Source of the DNA: the human T2T-CHM13v2.0 reference genome, Homo sapiens
NCBI RefSeq assembly: GCF_009914755.1
Contig: NC_060942.1
Reading direction: 5' to 3' (one strand)
Length of the DNA: 64,000 nucleotides
A model generated the notes under the pieces. The model was not told where the DNA came from. It worked only from the letters and a program-made list of their open reading frames with translations, and searched no databases. This document shows, piece by piece, positions 14,301-27,648 of this stretch. Every line of letters begins with the position of its first letter. Position 1 is the stretch's first letter. A program made the translations under genes and the position numbers.

Positions 14301-15049
14301 TCTGTGTTCCAAAATCCTGGAGGCAAGAAATTAGAAACTCATGCAACCTTGACGTGAGTGGGGATGTGTGGGAAGCATAATTTATGAATACTAAATTAAT
14401 TACCATTTTAATATTAATAATTAATGTGTCAACATAGAATCCTGCTAAAAGGTTTTTTTTATCTGCACCTTAAAAGTGCAGGGGTGATTTTGTGGCTTTT
14501 CAACACTTCTAATGGCCTTCCTTCAATTTCAGCTTCTTCTTTCCCTGAACATGGCCTGCCATAGGAATCTGAACTGAAGTTAAAACAAGAAAGAATATCT
14601 CTTAGTACATTAACCAGATGCCTCTTTTCCAATTAAGGACTGAAGTGGGCATTATAAATGCAAATAACTCAATATACTTGTCATATAGACACGATAAGGC
14701 TTACCTGATAAGCATAAAATCCTTGAACCATAGACCCAAGAGAAGACAAAATAAAATGTTTTGATGGCCATAAAGCTGCATGAGAAGAGGATTGTGATGA
14801 AAAAACAAATGTGACAGCTCTGTGTAGAGGAGGCTTATGCTGAGGAGGACTGTTTCTGAATGTTGGGTTACATGACTTGGAATATTGATGTTTCTGCCTC
14901 TTATTTTGCATTCCTTATTAATTCAGAGCATGTTAATGCACTTGTACTCCTTACATTTATACAGACAAAAAAGAGGAAAAAACAAAATAAACCATATGTT
15001 AAAAAGTATACCTTCATATATTTTTCAATGATGCAAAGGGAGGTAGAGA

Positions 15050-15210
15050 ATGAACCTTTGGTGAACATTTGCTATGTATTGGGCTCTCGCAAGTAACTTC
15101 AAATAACTTATTTAATCCTCACAATGAGGTATGTAGGAGGGATACATATTCCTATGTTACAGAAATGGCAAACAAGGCTCAGGTAGGATTAATAGATACT
15201 CCACACCGTA
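15050..15210 (-). mobile_element. MIR fragment
   Basis: ATTTAATCCTCACAA ... CCTATGTTACAGAAATGGCAAACAAGGCTCAG. Confidence 0.6.
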
Positions 15211-15912
15211 TTGACGTTCAAAATGTAACAGTTTGACTTTGCTGTGTACTGAAAGCTTGCAGGTTTTTCAGTCCTGCCCATTCATTTGTAAAGTGAAAAA
15301 TTGCGAAGTTATAGTGTGTTATGTACTTAACTCAGATGTTCCATACTTAAGTTTAATTTGTTGATTTATAATCCTAGAATGAGACTGAATTTCCCATTCA
15401 TACCTGGCAGTAAAGATCATAAATATTAGTTGTGGTAGTTCCTAAAAATAGATATTTGGGGAAGACCTACTGAATCAGACCCTCCAGGTGATTCTTAGGA
15501 TTGTCATCAGCAGACTAGTTTGCCTGTGCTGTGTTGGGTGCCAGGCTGAGTGCTACCAGGCAAGGGCCATGGTTATAATCCTGACACCTAAAGCCTCCCA
15601 CCCTCACTCACCCAACTGATCCCTATACAGCTTCAATGGGCTAGTAAATGGCCTCATAAATGCTGTCTTAACACACTGAGTTTGCTGTTTCGAGTACGTG
15701 AAACCACAAACCTAGAACCTCTAATGTTTAGTTATGAGAAAGAGAATTTCTAGGTGAGTCTAGTGGTTTCCTTTGGGTTTCCTTTAGTTCATTGATCTAA
15801 CACCACCTCTACCCCAAGAGAATCACCTGCTTCTCATTAGCAGGTGTTCCAAGTGGGAACTCTTTCCTCTCTTTTAAGATCAAGAACAACAGGGTGGGGC
15901 TTCCAAAATGGC

Positions 15913-16289
15913 TATTCTCATAAAAAGGAATGAGTTAATGGCATTTGCAGCGACCTGGATGACATTGGAGACTATTATTCTAAGTGAAGTAATCAGGGAT
16001 GGAAAACCAGACATCATATGTTCTCACTCGTAAGTGGGAGCTAAGCTGTGAGGATGCAAAGGCATAAGAATGACACATGGACTTTGGGGACTCGGAAAGG
16101 GTCGAAAGGGGGTGAGGGACAGAAGACTACAAAAAGGGTGTAGTGTACACTGCTTGAGTGATGGGTGCACCAAAATCTCACTAATCACCACTAAAGAACT
16201 TACATAATCAAAAACCTCTGTTCCCCATAACCTATGGAAGTTAAAAAATTAAAGTGATAGTAAGGAATAAAAATGCTTTTTCATGAAAA
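15913..16289 (+). mobile_element. L1PB 3' end (5'-truncated)
   Basis: GGGAGCTAAGCTGTGAGGATGCAAAGGCATAAGAATGA ... CACCAAAATCTCA..AATCACCACTAAAGAACTTA. Possible TSD CAAAATGGC at 15904 and 16290. Confidence 0.9.
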
Positions 16290-17649
16290 CAAAATGGCAT
16301 TTCTAAAATCTAAGAACAAAAGGAGGTGGAGGGCTTGGAACAAGAGTATGTAGGAATAAAAGTATCTAGCATATACCATTAATAATGGAGGTATATACCA
16401 AAGTTCCATTTCCATTCAGTCCCACTAGATCATTCCCAGGACACGCAGAATTATTCCATTCCATACGCTGCCTACAACTTGAATTTTGAAGGGTGCTTAC
16501 AACTTTCCTAGATTTCTTTTTTAGCCTAGCTTCCTACACTGTTTTATGACCCTGGGTTAGGAATGTGGTCAGCACCTTTTCACTTGGTGACCAAGACAAA
16601 GAGAGTCCTGGGGCCCTGGCTTTCTCACGTTGTGGACGACTCTGGACTGAGGCACATGTCTCATCCCCAGTTGACTTCCATGTGAAAAGTCTCATTCTCC
16701 AGGGGTGTGCCAGCCTCTTACATCTAAGATTTGTACTCTCCTTTGCTCAGATGTACAAAAACCTTAAAGGCACTGGAAGTACCATAAGTATAGTGCTATT
16801 AGACCCTGGGAGAGGGGAGAAGCATTCCTCCAGGGGTGCCTTCTTCCCTCCTGTTGATTATGGTGGTTTTGCTTCTGATTGTACCCTATGAAAGACCATC
16901 TATTCACTCTTTCCTCAGCAGCCTGGCTTCCTCAAGAGAAATTACCCTTGTACTGCTGAGGTTCTGGAATCTAACCTCCACATCGTCCATGAACTCTGAA
17001 TAGTGCTACTGTCGAACTCCTCATTTAACAAAGCCATTTCTCTGCCTTTTCAAGGCTGTAGAACTAGTCACAGATGGTTTTCAACCGTCTTTCACTTAGG
17101 AGGTTTCCAATAAGTTGTCTGAGATTCTCATTAACCCAGTCTTCCCAGATTACTAACAAAGACCACAAAGTTGTGAGCTGTTAGCTGCTGCCCTGGCCCT
17201 GTGTTGCTGCACAAGAGAACCTTGCTGCCTCCTGTCCCATTCCTATTGCTTAACACCAAGGAAGGTTGACAGGTCCCAGGACCTTAGGGAACTGTGTTAC
17301 CATTGTTGCTGCCTCTGCTGCAGCCCTGAGCCCTCCTATGCTGCCTGGTGGCTGTCAGAGCCATGGTCACTAAAGACCAGGGGAACTTTATCCTTTAAGA
17401 AATGACCTCTAAGTAAACAGTCACCCAGTTATACATCAGAGAAGTGACGGAGAAGTCCTTACTCCACATAAGTTTAACCTCAAATCAGCTTTGTGCCTGC
17501 ATGCTCCTTGCTACCCTCTTGTCTGTTGTGGTCTCTCTCATTGCCCATTTGCTTCTACCGTCTAATTTTGCACCCTGGCTGATAAGGCTTCTCTGGTTCT
17601 TAGCCCCTGCTTCCCTTCCTTGCTTCTTCCCTATTTCATTAACTACTAA

Positions 17650-18115
17650 ATCAATTTCTTCTATTCTTATTCTTTCAAATCTGTATTCTACACTATGACT
17701 GGTACAATTTTTCTGAACTTCAAATTTCCAAGTGTAAGCTCCTGTTCACAATATTTATATGACTCCCTTTTGCCTGCAAGGTGAAGCCAAAGCTCTTTTA
17801 TGCATTGCACAGAGTCTTCCTGGTCTGGCCCCTCCCTAGTGCCCTGTCCTCTCCCTTCCATGCTAATGTGCGAGCCATCACTTCCTCTTGTGAGTTCTCA
17901 CCACACATTATTGCCATTGCATGTGTTCTTGTCTCTTCCTAGAATGCCCATCTGTCTCCTGTCTTCCTGAAAACACTGTTCATGATTAAATCCCTGCTGA
18001 GGCATTACTTTTTACATGAAGTGCTCCCTGCCTTCCAGACTCCATTAATTGTTTTCTCCACTGTACCACTTGTGAATCTCACAGGCTTTTTGGCTTTTTT
18101 TGTGCATTGCATATC
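17650..18115 (+). mobile_element. L2 fragment (3' end resumes at about 19262-19360 after the L1)
   Basis: GACTCCC..TGCCTGCAAGGTGAAGCCAAAGCTC ... TCTGGCCCCT ... TTCCTAGAATGCCC. Confidence 0.6.
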
Positions 18116-18139
18116 ACAGTTTTATTTGTTTACAAATAT

Positions 18140-19260
18140 TTTTAAAAGTCTTTTTAAACATCTATTTTGTGGGTACATAGGTGTACATATTTATGGGTAC
18201 ATGAGATGTTTTGATACAGGCAAACAATGCATAATCACATCAGGGTAAATGGGGTATCCATCTCTTCAAGCATTATCCTTTGTGTTATAAACAATTTTTA
18301 AAACTCTTTATTTTTAAATTACAATAAATTATTGACTGTAGTCACCCTGTTGTGCTATCAAATACTAGATCTTTTTTATCTAACTATATTTTTATACCAA
18401 TTAGCCATTCCTCCTTACCCCTCCTGTCACCAACTACCCTTCCCAGCCTCTAGTAGTTATTCTATCTCCATGAGTTCAACTGTTTTAATTTTTAGCTCCC
18501 ACAAACAAGTGAGAACATGCAAAGTTTGTCTTTCTGTGCCTGGCTTGTTTCACTTAACATAATGACCTCCAGTTCCATCCACATTGTTGGAAATGACAGG
18601 ATCTCGTTTTACGGCTGAATAGTACTTCGTTGTTTATATTATGTTTACCACATTTTCTTTATTCATCTGTTGATGAACACTTAGGTTGCTTCTAAATCTT
18701 GCCTATTGTGAACAGTGCTGCAATAACCTTGGAAGTGCTGATATCTCTTCAATATACTGATTTCCTTTTTTCTTGGTATATACCTAGCAGTGAGATTGCT
18801 GGATCATATTACCATGTAATCTATTTTTAGTTTTTTGGGAAACCTCCAAACTTCTCCACAGCGATTGTCCTATTTGGTTGGTACAAAAGTAATCGTGGTT
18901 TTTTCCATTAAAAGTAATGTGTCAGCCTCTGCGATGTGTTGGTGAGCATTCAGAGGCATAAGTGAGAGAAGAGGAGTAAGCGTTGCATTTTCTGTTAGTT
19001 CTAGTACCCAACATTTAAGGAATTCTGGGGAGTGGTTGTCCAGCCCCATCCACTGCTTAGTATATATTGGCAAGAAGGAAGGAGGAGGTTTTTGCCATTA
19101 AAAGTCATGGCAAAAATTGCAGTAACATTTGCATCAACCTAATAATTTAGTCAGCAGTGTGTGCCGGTTCCCTTTTCTCCACATCCTTACCAGCATTTGT
19201 TATTGCCTGTCTTTTGGGTAAAAGCCATTTTAACTGGGGTGAGATGACAGCTCATTGCAG
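18140..19260 (-). mobile_element. L1MA (MA2/3-like) 3' portion, interrupted by MADE1
   Basis: GGGTACATGAGATGTTTTGATACAGGCA ... GTAAATGGGGTATCCATC ... AAGCCATTTTAACTGGGGTGAGATGA. Confidence 0.9.
18873..19142. mobile_element. MADE1 (Hsmar1-derived MITE) carrying a ~170-bp captured insert
   Basis: TIRs TTTGGTTGGTACAAAAGTAATCGTGGTTTTTTCCA and TGGCAAAAATTGCAGTAACATTTGCATCAACCTAA. TA TSD at 18871-18872 and 19143-19144. Confidence 0.9.
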
Positions 19261-19511
19261 TAATATCTGTCTTTCTTATCAGACTTTGTCTATGAAAGTG
19301 GAAACTATGTCTACCTCAGCATGGTGCTGAGCAGGCTGTAGACACTGAACTAAACTTCAGTAGCTACTCCGTGTTGAACTGAATCCCAAGAAGAATGCCT
19401 GTTTTCCAGCCCTTGCTCTGGGCACTGAAACATCTCTCCTTTCCATTGTGACTTCAAGACCTGACCTCTAGCAGGCAGACCTGTGAGGTATCAATTGGCA
19501 TTTCTCATTCT

Positions 19512-19684
19512 AACCCTCCTCCTTCCCTCTTGCCAACATATACTAAGCAGTAGACAGAGCTGGACAACCACTCCCGAGAATTCTTTAGATGTTGGGTACT
19601 AGAGCTATTAGAAAGTGAAATGCTTAATCCTCTTCTCTTACTTATGCCAATGAATGGTCACCAACACATCACAGAGACTGACAC
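19512..19684. repeat. Unique-looking segment whose inverted copy lies at 18919-19090
   Basis: CCTCCTCCTTCCCTCTTGCCAACATATACTAAGCAGT ... CACCAACACATCACAGAGACTGACAC is the reverse complement of GTGTCAGCCTCTGCGATGTGTTGGTG ... ACTGCTTAGTATATATTGGCAAGAAGGAAGGAGGAGG. Confidence 0.95.
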
Positions 19685-22030
19685 CACTGCCTTTATTCTC
19701 AACTGTTTTCAAATGCTATTATTTTTATGGACATTGTAACTCTATGTGTTTTGTACATCTATTTATGCTTCTCTGTAGATAAATATCCTACTGACAATTT
19801 CTGGGCAGAGCATTGCTGTCCATGGGCTTCACAAGGTGGTCTTGTGTTGTAAATCTATTACTTATATAAAAGTGGCTAGGAGGTATTGCAGCAATGTGGT
19901 CACTAGGACAGCTGGACTAAGAGCTCTCCTTTCTCTGGGCCCTTGAAGTAAAGCCACATATTTGTCAAGCCGGGTTAGAAGATTCACTGTGACTTTTTAG
20001 GGCTGTCTCTTTCCTCCTTTATGGAGTATTCTTAGCCTGTGTTCTTTTCTTTCCTTCTGTTCAAAATTCTGACAGCTCACCTCAAGCTTCACATTGACCT
20101 GCCAAATCACCCTAATGTCTACTTTGTGCTTTTGGTAACATCATGAACTCCTAGTTTTACCCTTTGCCTGTCATTTAGTTTCTTAATTTCCCAAAGCCTT
20201 TATAGAGACTGATATCACTGCTCAAAGTGTAAGCTCTCACAGATAACACATACAACTTAAAAAGTCTTCAATGCTTAATCCAAGAGAGTGTCTAGTGGTG
20301 GGACAGTGTCTAAGGTGGGAATACCTTGTGGGATGGGCAGATGTTGGGCAGCAGTTTTTGTTTTTTTTTGTAGGAAGTAAATTCTAATTACCTTTATATT
20401 ATGGGGAATAAATCATTTCCCCTAAGCGTGTTTAGTTGTGGTACCAACAGAAAATGACATCATTTGCACATAACAGTGTGCAAACAATAATGATTTAATT
20501 TTATTAGTTTTCTTAGAAATGTGGGCAGCCATGTTATTTCATTTGTAGATTTTAGGGGAAAGATTTAGAAACATGTCTTACAAGAAATCTCTAAGTATGA
20601 TCAACTTTGAAAAGAGAAAGGTCTAAAGCAAGATTTTATTATGGAACAAGATGATCTCTGAAAGGTAGTCATGGAATGAAGGGCGACAGATTCTTAGGGG
20701 TTGTTTTAGAAAACTGAGCTGGAACCAATGGTTTACAGTTATATAGAGAAAAAATATAGGCTGTATATATTTTTAAAAAAAGAACAGAAAAAAACTTGGA
20801 AGTGGACCAGGTTATCCTGGGGTAGTGAGGACCCCTTTATCTGAAATACTTATGAAGTAGCTGAAAGATTAACAGGGATTCTGAAGATAACTTACCCAAA
20901 GCATGTGTTTGGTTGATGTACATGATATCTAAGAGCTTCTATGATTCCATCAATTGTCATTTTAGTTTGGTGTATGTAACATAGCATATATTGATTGCTG
21001 ATTGGTGGTGAGTTGTCTCATGTTTTATTTGCTAAATCATTTATTTGTAGATGTTTATGAAATCTACCAGTGTTTCTAAAGTTCAATCACCTTAGCGTTA
21101 GAGGATATATGAGAAGGAAAAGATGAGTTAGTGGTGACAAGAAACTGGAGAAAACATCATGAGAAAAATAAATAATAACAAATAGATTTTGAAAAGTAAG
21201 TGGTGCAAAAACAATGAGTTTTGTTAATTATATATTGACCAAAGGGAATGATGAGAGGAAAAACATTTTTATTTAAAAATTACATTTGTATATTTTATTT
21301 TTCAGTTGTCAAAAGTCATCTTCTGTAGAATTTCTACTGTTTGGTCAGCAACTATTATGATGTATCAAACATAAAAATATTGATCAAATGTCCTGGAGAA
21401 ACAACATACATCTTAGTATACATGGTGAGCTGCACTGATGCATGGTTAGTTACAAGCACAGGTAAAAGAGAGCTTTCCAGAATGCGGGATGATTGAAGTA
21501 GGGCCTTTGTCTCTCCTGCTCACATGTGTATTTCTAAAGCCTAGCATAAGGTTTGAGATAGAGAATTGCTCAATAAATGTTTGTTGAACAGATAGGTAAC
21601 ACATGGTGTTCCTGTGTGCACAGGACAATTGAAAGAGCCTCCACTTATCTTTCCATAATTTCCACAGTTTGCACAACATCTTGTCTCCAGCAGAAATATT
21701 TTCCCAAGTTCCAGCTTGGGTTCTGCCTTTCCCTTGACTATCCTAATACTCATCGATCTCCTTCTTTGAATTCTTATGATATGCATGGCCTCAATTGTTT
21801 CGTTTAAATTTATCATATAGTTAACATTGTCTTATTTCATTGTCTTTGCCATGTTTGTATTGGACCCAGAACTAAATTATCATTGCCCTGTTGCTAATAA
21901 TATCTTTTTTTTTTCCTGGTAACAGAGGACAGGGCATTGAGTAAATGCTTACTAAACATGTGTTCATTTGATGGCATTAAGAACCTAGAAGTATTTGGCA
22001 AAAAGGTAGGCTTACAGAAACCCCCATTCA

Positions 22031-22344
22031 TTTTTTATTTTTATTTTATTTTTTGAAACAGGGTCTCACTCTGTTTCATCCAAGCTGTAGTGCAATGGCA
22101 CGATCACAGCTCACTGCAACCTCCACCTCCTGGGCTCATGTGATCCTTCTACCTCGTCCTCCCAAGTAGCTGTGACTACAGGCACGTGACACTGCACATA
22201 CCTGTAGTCAAACTTTAAATTTTTTTGTAGAAATGGGATTTTGCTATGTGGCCCAGGCTGGTCTCAAAGTCCTGCCCTCAAGTGATTCTCCCACCTTAGT
22301 TTCCCAAAATGGTGGGATTACAGGTCTGAGACACTGGGCCTGAC
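22031..22344 (-). mobile_element. AluJ
   Basis: CAGGGTCTCACTCTG, GATCACAGCTCACTGCA, CTCCTGGGCTCA; highly diverged. Confidence 0.9.
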
Positions 22345-24039
22345 TAATGCCCATTAATTTAAAACCACCATAGAAAACTTATTACCAGGCTTGCCACAGA
22401 GATTTGATGGATCTTTGATGTGAAAAGAGGAGATAAGAGTGGGAAGATGAGAAGAGAAATAATGGTGGGTTCTCCCCAGAAATCCTTTTCTGAAATAAGA
22501 GGTAACTTGCCCCCGCCCAATATCCATGGTGTTGATTTCATTCAAAATAAGGTGGCCGAAGTAAGCTTCCCGTCCCAATATCACCCCCAAAAGGCTTGAA
22601 GTTGACTGTATTTAGAGTATCTACTCTCCTACCGTAAGACAATTAGAAATCTTGAAGTTTCTTCCAATCCACATTCATCAGTCATTCCAGTGGAAGTGGA
22701 GCCTCCTCAGAAGCTGTGTAGCATGGTGGGTGTTAATGACACAGAAGAACAGTGCAAGGCAACAGGCCAAATAAAAAAAGATGATGCTTATGGCCTACTT
22801 TGCCTTTGTTAAATCTACTTTAGCCAGTCCCCTCTCTAAGGTCACTTGTGCCACCAGAAGCAAAGAAAGGCCCACTTTTCTAGAGAAAACATACTTCAGT
22901 AATTTAATATGCTTTCTATCTAGAGAAAATTCTGTGGCTGTGTCTGTGTTATAGATGCTGCTTTACTGGTTCAAGAATATTTAAAATCATAAAAAGTAGC
23001 TTCTTGTGACATATCATTAAGTGACAATAAATCAGGTGGATAAATAGTATGCACAGTATGATTCTAAATGAAACCTTTCTGCACAAACACACCTGCATAA
23101 TTTATTTATTGTTGTGTATTTTTATTTAGACGAAAGCTGAAAGAACATGCATCAAACTTTAGTATTGATTATCTCTAGTGCTTTTAGTGTTCATCATAAA
23201 CTTTTCCTGCATTCAGCCCATTTTTTATGTTTTCGCAACCAATAGACAACACTCTTCGCAAGTGGCTTTAGTCAGCAAGAAAACAGGGCTGGGGATAAAT
23301 CAAAACTACAATTACTCTTGCTTTTTAAATGTAGAAACTGGAGATCAAGCCAGGGTCATCATTACAATGCAATAGGGAACAGGATATTCTAACTCCAGGG
23401 CACTCCAAACATGCAATAGATATGAACCAATTCTTTGGGTTTAATAAAGAAAGTAGGAACTGAGGGACATATAACAGAAGCTGTCTAGGAAATAAGTTTG
23501 TCTTGGTTTGGAACCAGGGAAGCTGTGGAGATAGAAAATCTTGCTCTACACTTGATATTTTCCTTATCCAGGGAGCTTCAACACTTCATGTGACATGGTA
23601 GAAACTTGAAGAATTCATAGGGAGTGATAGAAACTGAACTAGAGGTCACAGCTCTTGGAATGGGGAATGTGAAGGACTTGGGACAGCTCTGAGACCTGGA
23701 AGTCACTGGCACAAACAAGTGTGCCCCATAGATGCAGGTCAAGCCCAAATGATGAGAAGGGCTACGCAGACTGCAATAAAGGGGCTGGGTGTTTTTGCTT
23801 CCATTCTAGTTCAATCTTCTTTTCAATCCAGGGTTTTTGTGTGCGCGTGTGTGTGTTAACTTCTCACGAGAAGTCATTCACCTTTCATTTGAATATTTCT
23901 AAGATTGTTGTTTACTAATGCTAGATATAGCCTGTTATTTTGTTAGCTAGCCCATTAGATACTATTTCTCTTGTGAAAATTCCGCTCATTGCTTCTAATG
24001 CCCAGGTAAGTTCTATCTTCCTCCTCACAACCCTTTATG

Positions 24040-24434
24040 CTCTTGCAGTTGACTTTTTTTGCCCCTTCAACACTCAACTTCAACTTTCTTCTCTCTGGTT
24101 TGTGTCTACTGTCAAGACTGTAAGAGCTGAAGTCTTGATTTCCTGGTCTCCCTTGCAATTAGGGGTGCCCTTTGACATAGCTCTTGCCAACGAGATACAT
24201 GTTGAAATTTATAATATAATCTCTTCCCTTTTCTTCTTCTTCCTGTGAATACAGAGCCCAAGCAGCTATCTGGAAACCACAGAGAAAGGTCATGATAACT
24301 TTGAGTTACTAAACCTAAGCAGACAACTGCTTACTTCCAGACTTCTTCATATGAGAACAAATCAACCTCTCTTTGCTTAAGCCACTATAATGAGGTTTTT
24401 CTTTTACTTGTAGGCAAACACAGTGGTAACTGAT
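24040..24434 (+). mobile_element. LTR33-like ERVL solo LTR
   Basis: TCTCCCTTGCAATTAGGGGTGCC..TTGCCAACGAGA and 3' CTTCCAGACTTCTT..GAGA..TTAAGCCACT..TTACTTG..TAACTGAT. Confidence 0.65.
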
Positions 24435-24820
24435 GAAGTTTCATGTTTGATGCCCCAACATTTTCTTATGTACTGTGGATGCTAACAAATCATGTCCCTC
24501 ATCCCTGACAGGTCTTAGTGCTTTTCTGCTTCTGAGTAAACATACCCTTTTCTCTCTACCTGAAGGCTCTTCTCTCTTGACCAGAGTCTACTTATCCTTC
24601 ACATCTTTCTTAGATGCAGATCCCCAGCTAACAATATTTTCTTATTTCTTACACTGAACTCCCTGCAGCTTTCTGAAGTGCCTCTCTCTTGCTACTTTCC
24701 CAATTCTGCCATAAAGCTTAGTTACTTGTATATTCATCTTCCTTATGCACTCCTGTGTTGAGATTAAAGCTGCTTTGATGCTGACTGTACCTCCTTTCTC
24801 TGTATCCTCCTATCTCTAAG

Positions 24821-24961
24821 TACAGGTTGAGCATCCCTAATTTAAAATCCAAAATCTGAAATGTTCCTTAATCCAAAGTGTTTTGAACACTGACATGACA
24901 CCACAAGTAGAAAATTTCACACCTGACCTCATGCGATGGGCTGGAGTCAAAATGCAGTCAA
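24821..24961 (+). mobile_element. Tigger4 (Zombi) DNA transposon, left-end fragment
   Basis: TA-CAGGTTGAGCATCCCTAAT..AAAATCCAAAATCTGAAATG ... GAAAATTTCACACCTGACCTCATGCGATGGG. Confidence 0.85.
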
Positions 24962-25047
24962 GGAGAAAGGGAAACCCTCATATGCTATTGGTGGGAATGC
25001 AAATTAGCACAGTCACTGTGGAAAGCAGCATGGAGGTTCCTCAGAAA
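24962..25047 (+). mobile_element. Short tail-less L1 ORF2-end fragment
   Basis: GGAGAAAGGGAAACCCTC..TTGGTGGGAATGCAAATTAG..GGAAAGCAGCATGGAGGTTCCTCA. Confidence 0.8.
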
Positions 25048-27648
25048 GCTTTGGTGAGTGTTTAGATTCAGACTAAATACTTGATTATACAAGAAATTTT
25101 ATTTCCTTATTGTAAAAATGTTATTTAATTTGATTCTTCTGGGAACTAGACAATCTCAAGGGCAAGTCTTCAATATCATCCGAGTTTGATTAAACTGAGT
25201 ACTCTTTAAAAATCAGGCTGTTTTTCTTGAGCTATTGTAATACTGAGATAAAACATACTTAAGGAGAAGGAGGGGAAGATGGGAAAAGAAGCAAACTGAT
25301 AATGATACGAGGGGAGAAGTAGCTGCTTCTGCGTTTGGATATGTGCTCACTAAGGTAGAATATTAGAGCTGAACTGATTAGAAAACTCTGCTAATAAATT
25401 TTACAGTGAAATGTGTTATGTGGCTTAGGGGCTGAAATCTCCCCAATGCATAGCACTGTTGTTCTGTGAATCCTAATTCATTTCAATATTAATTAAAGTT
25501 CATTTGTTACCATTTATCTTAATATTTTAAATCCAAACTTAAACTTTTCAAGAGTTTTATTCAAAAAATAAAAGCAACTAGTACAGGTAGAGAATGAGAT
25601 ATGAAATAAATCAAGCAAATACAATACTGGAAACAAAAACATATAACTAAACCAATAGAGAAGGACTTCCGTTTGCTGTCTAATTATTTTGAATATACAT
25701 TAAGTTGTGCAAGAATTAAAAGGAAAAGTTAATTTTATTTTACTGCTATCAAAGACATCGGTAGCTGCTATTTTCAAGTTTGACGTATTTATACCTGTCT
25801 AAACATGAAATATGAATAAACCATGATCTATAAAAATATAGTTTATCATCTCTTGGTATCAGGTGCTTTTAAAAATATTTTCGATTCTCTAATCAGATGT
25901 ATAAACACAAACCATTTGAGTCAGTTGAGAAGTATTACATAGAAACATAACCATGTGTCTTCATGGTTTATGTATCTTTAATATATCTAATTTAGGACAA
26001 TAATGAATATAGATGCGATTGTTGCTTTGGCCTAGAGGAATTCCTCTGATAGAAATAGCCATTGTAACTGCATCTGCATAAAATTAATCTCAGATTTGAG
26101 AGACTTGGCTGATTAAAATGTAATCACTGAGAGTTTAGAATACAAATTGTCTGGTTTACTTTAAAAAATAGTTGTAAATATTAACTGTTAAAAATTAACT
26201 ATAAGGAAAAGGCATTATTTGAAAAGTAAGTAGGTAAAAAAATTTACTGTTTCATAAAATAACCAGGCAGTATTTTTACAGGATTTGAGGAGGTGGTAAC
26301 CTGAAAAACCAGGTAAATAACACAAGAGGTTACATGACTGTATATAAATAAATGAGGAAAATTCTAGATGCTAAAGTGGCTAACGAGAATTTCAGAGCTC
26401 TGTAAAGACTGAGCATTTATAGCTAAACTGTAAACTTCTAAATAAAATGATTACTAAACACACACATTTACACAGACTAATATATTTTATTATGTACATA
26501 TTTGATATATATTCTTTATCAGCTAATATTTTGAAACTTCAACATGTATACATACATATATGTATATGTATAAATTTATAAATTATATACAAGCTCTGTT
26601 ATACTGATTTTATAAAAACACAAATAGAGACATTTTAAAAAGTATAGTGTAAAAATGGCAAAACCCCTGGTATTTAACTTTTCTTATTCATTTATGGTAC
26701 AAAAATGATTTTTCTCCTACTCAGATCTTATTAGTGGTGTTCTGGTGGCTTCTTAAATGTCTTGCTCATACTGAGTCTCATACAACCATAGGCTACTTTT
26801 TTGGAGGCTGAATATGCATTTAGTGTGAAGCTTATCACTGGTTCTGCTGGAGGCGAATTTATACTATAGATAGTCTTCTTCTTATCAGAGATTGAGGATC
26901 TCACCTTTTCTCATTGGATGATTATAATTTTACCTTTGAATTGGGGTTCCGGGATGGTAAAAATAGCTTATTTTTTCAGTAGGAGAAATATCAGCTCTTA
27001 TATTTTCTTGTTGATCACATGTACCTTACATTATAAATACTATCAACAACCTCTGCTTTCTTTGTATGCAGGTTTTTAAGCTGTGTGTCCATTTTGTTAG
27101 AGTTGAGTTAAGATAGTTCATATAATCTATAAATACTTTTTCCAGAAGTCTACTTTGTAATATTTTGATGACAAATAAGGAGTAAAAACTGCAACTTCAG
27201 TGAGTCTTCTGGTAGAACTCCACTCCTCCCTCAGATTTCTCCTGTGTCCTCCTTGACATTTGACTATATGATATATATCAATCCATATAGTAAATGTTAG
27301 TAAGGCCTAAATACATTCTTAATTTTCAAGAAGTCTACTACTAAAGCATTACTTTTCCCCATGGCCCAGTGGATTATCTTGGCACATCCTGGGATGAACA
27401 CACTCATGGCACTTTGGAGGCTCTGATATGTACGTGTAATGGTAAGTAAATTAGCTTTCTGGGGAAAGACAGCTATTTGGGCTGCCTGTATGCAAATAGC
27501 ATCTTTAATTTATCCTTTTTTTCTAAATAGAGACACACAAATATTTGTGAACTCAGGAGTCTTGTCTTGAGTAAGCACAGTACATCGAACACACTGACCA
27601 TTGCTCAGACGAATGCTCTATATTAACACAGAGGACAAGGAAAGATCG

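Noticed and set aside
16565-17400. GC-richer stretch with a 108-aa ORF
   Set aside because: No recognisable protein or repeat homology and a non-ATG start, so I cannot support a call.
27235-27447. Possible exon (CCCTCAG acceptor to ATG|GTAAGT donor)
   Set aside because: No coding signal or other support; such motif pairs are common by chance.
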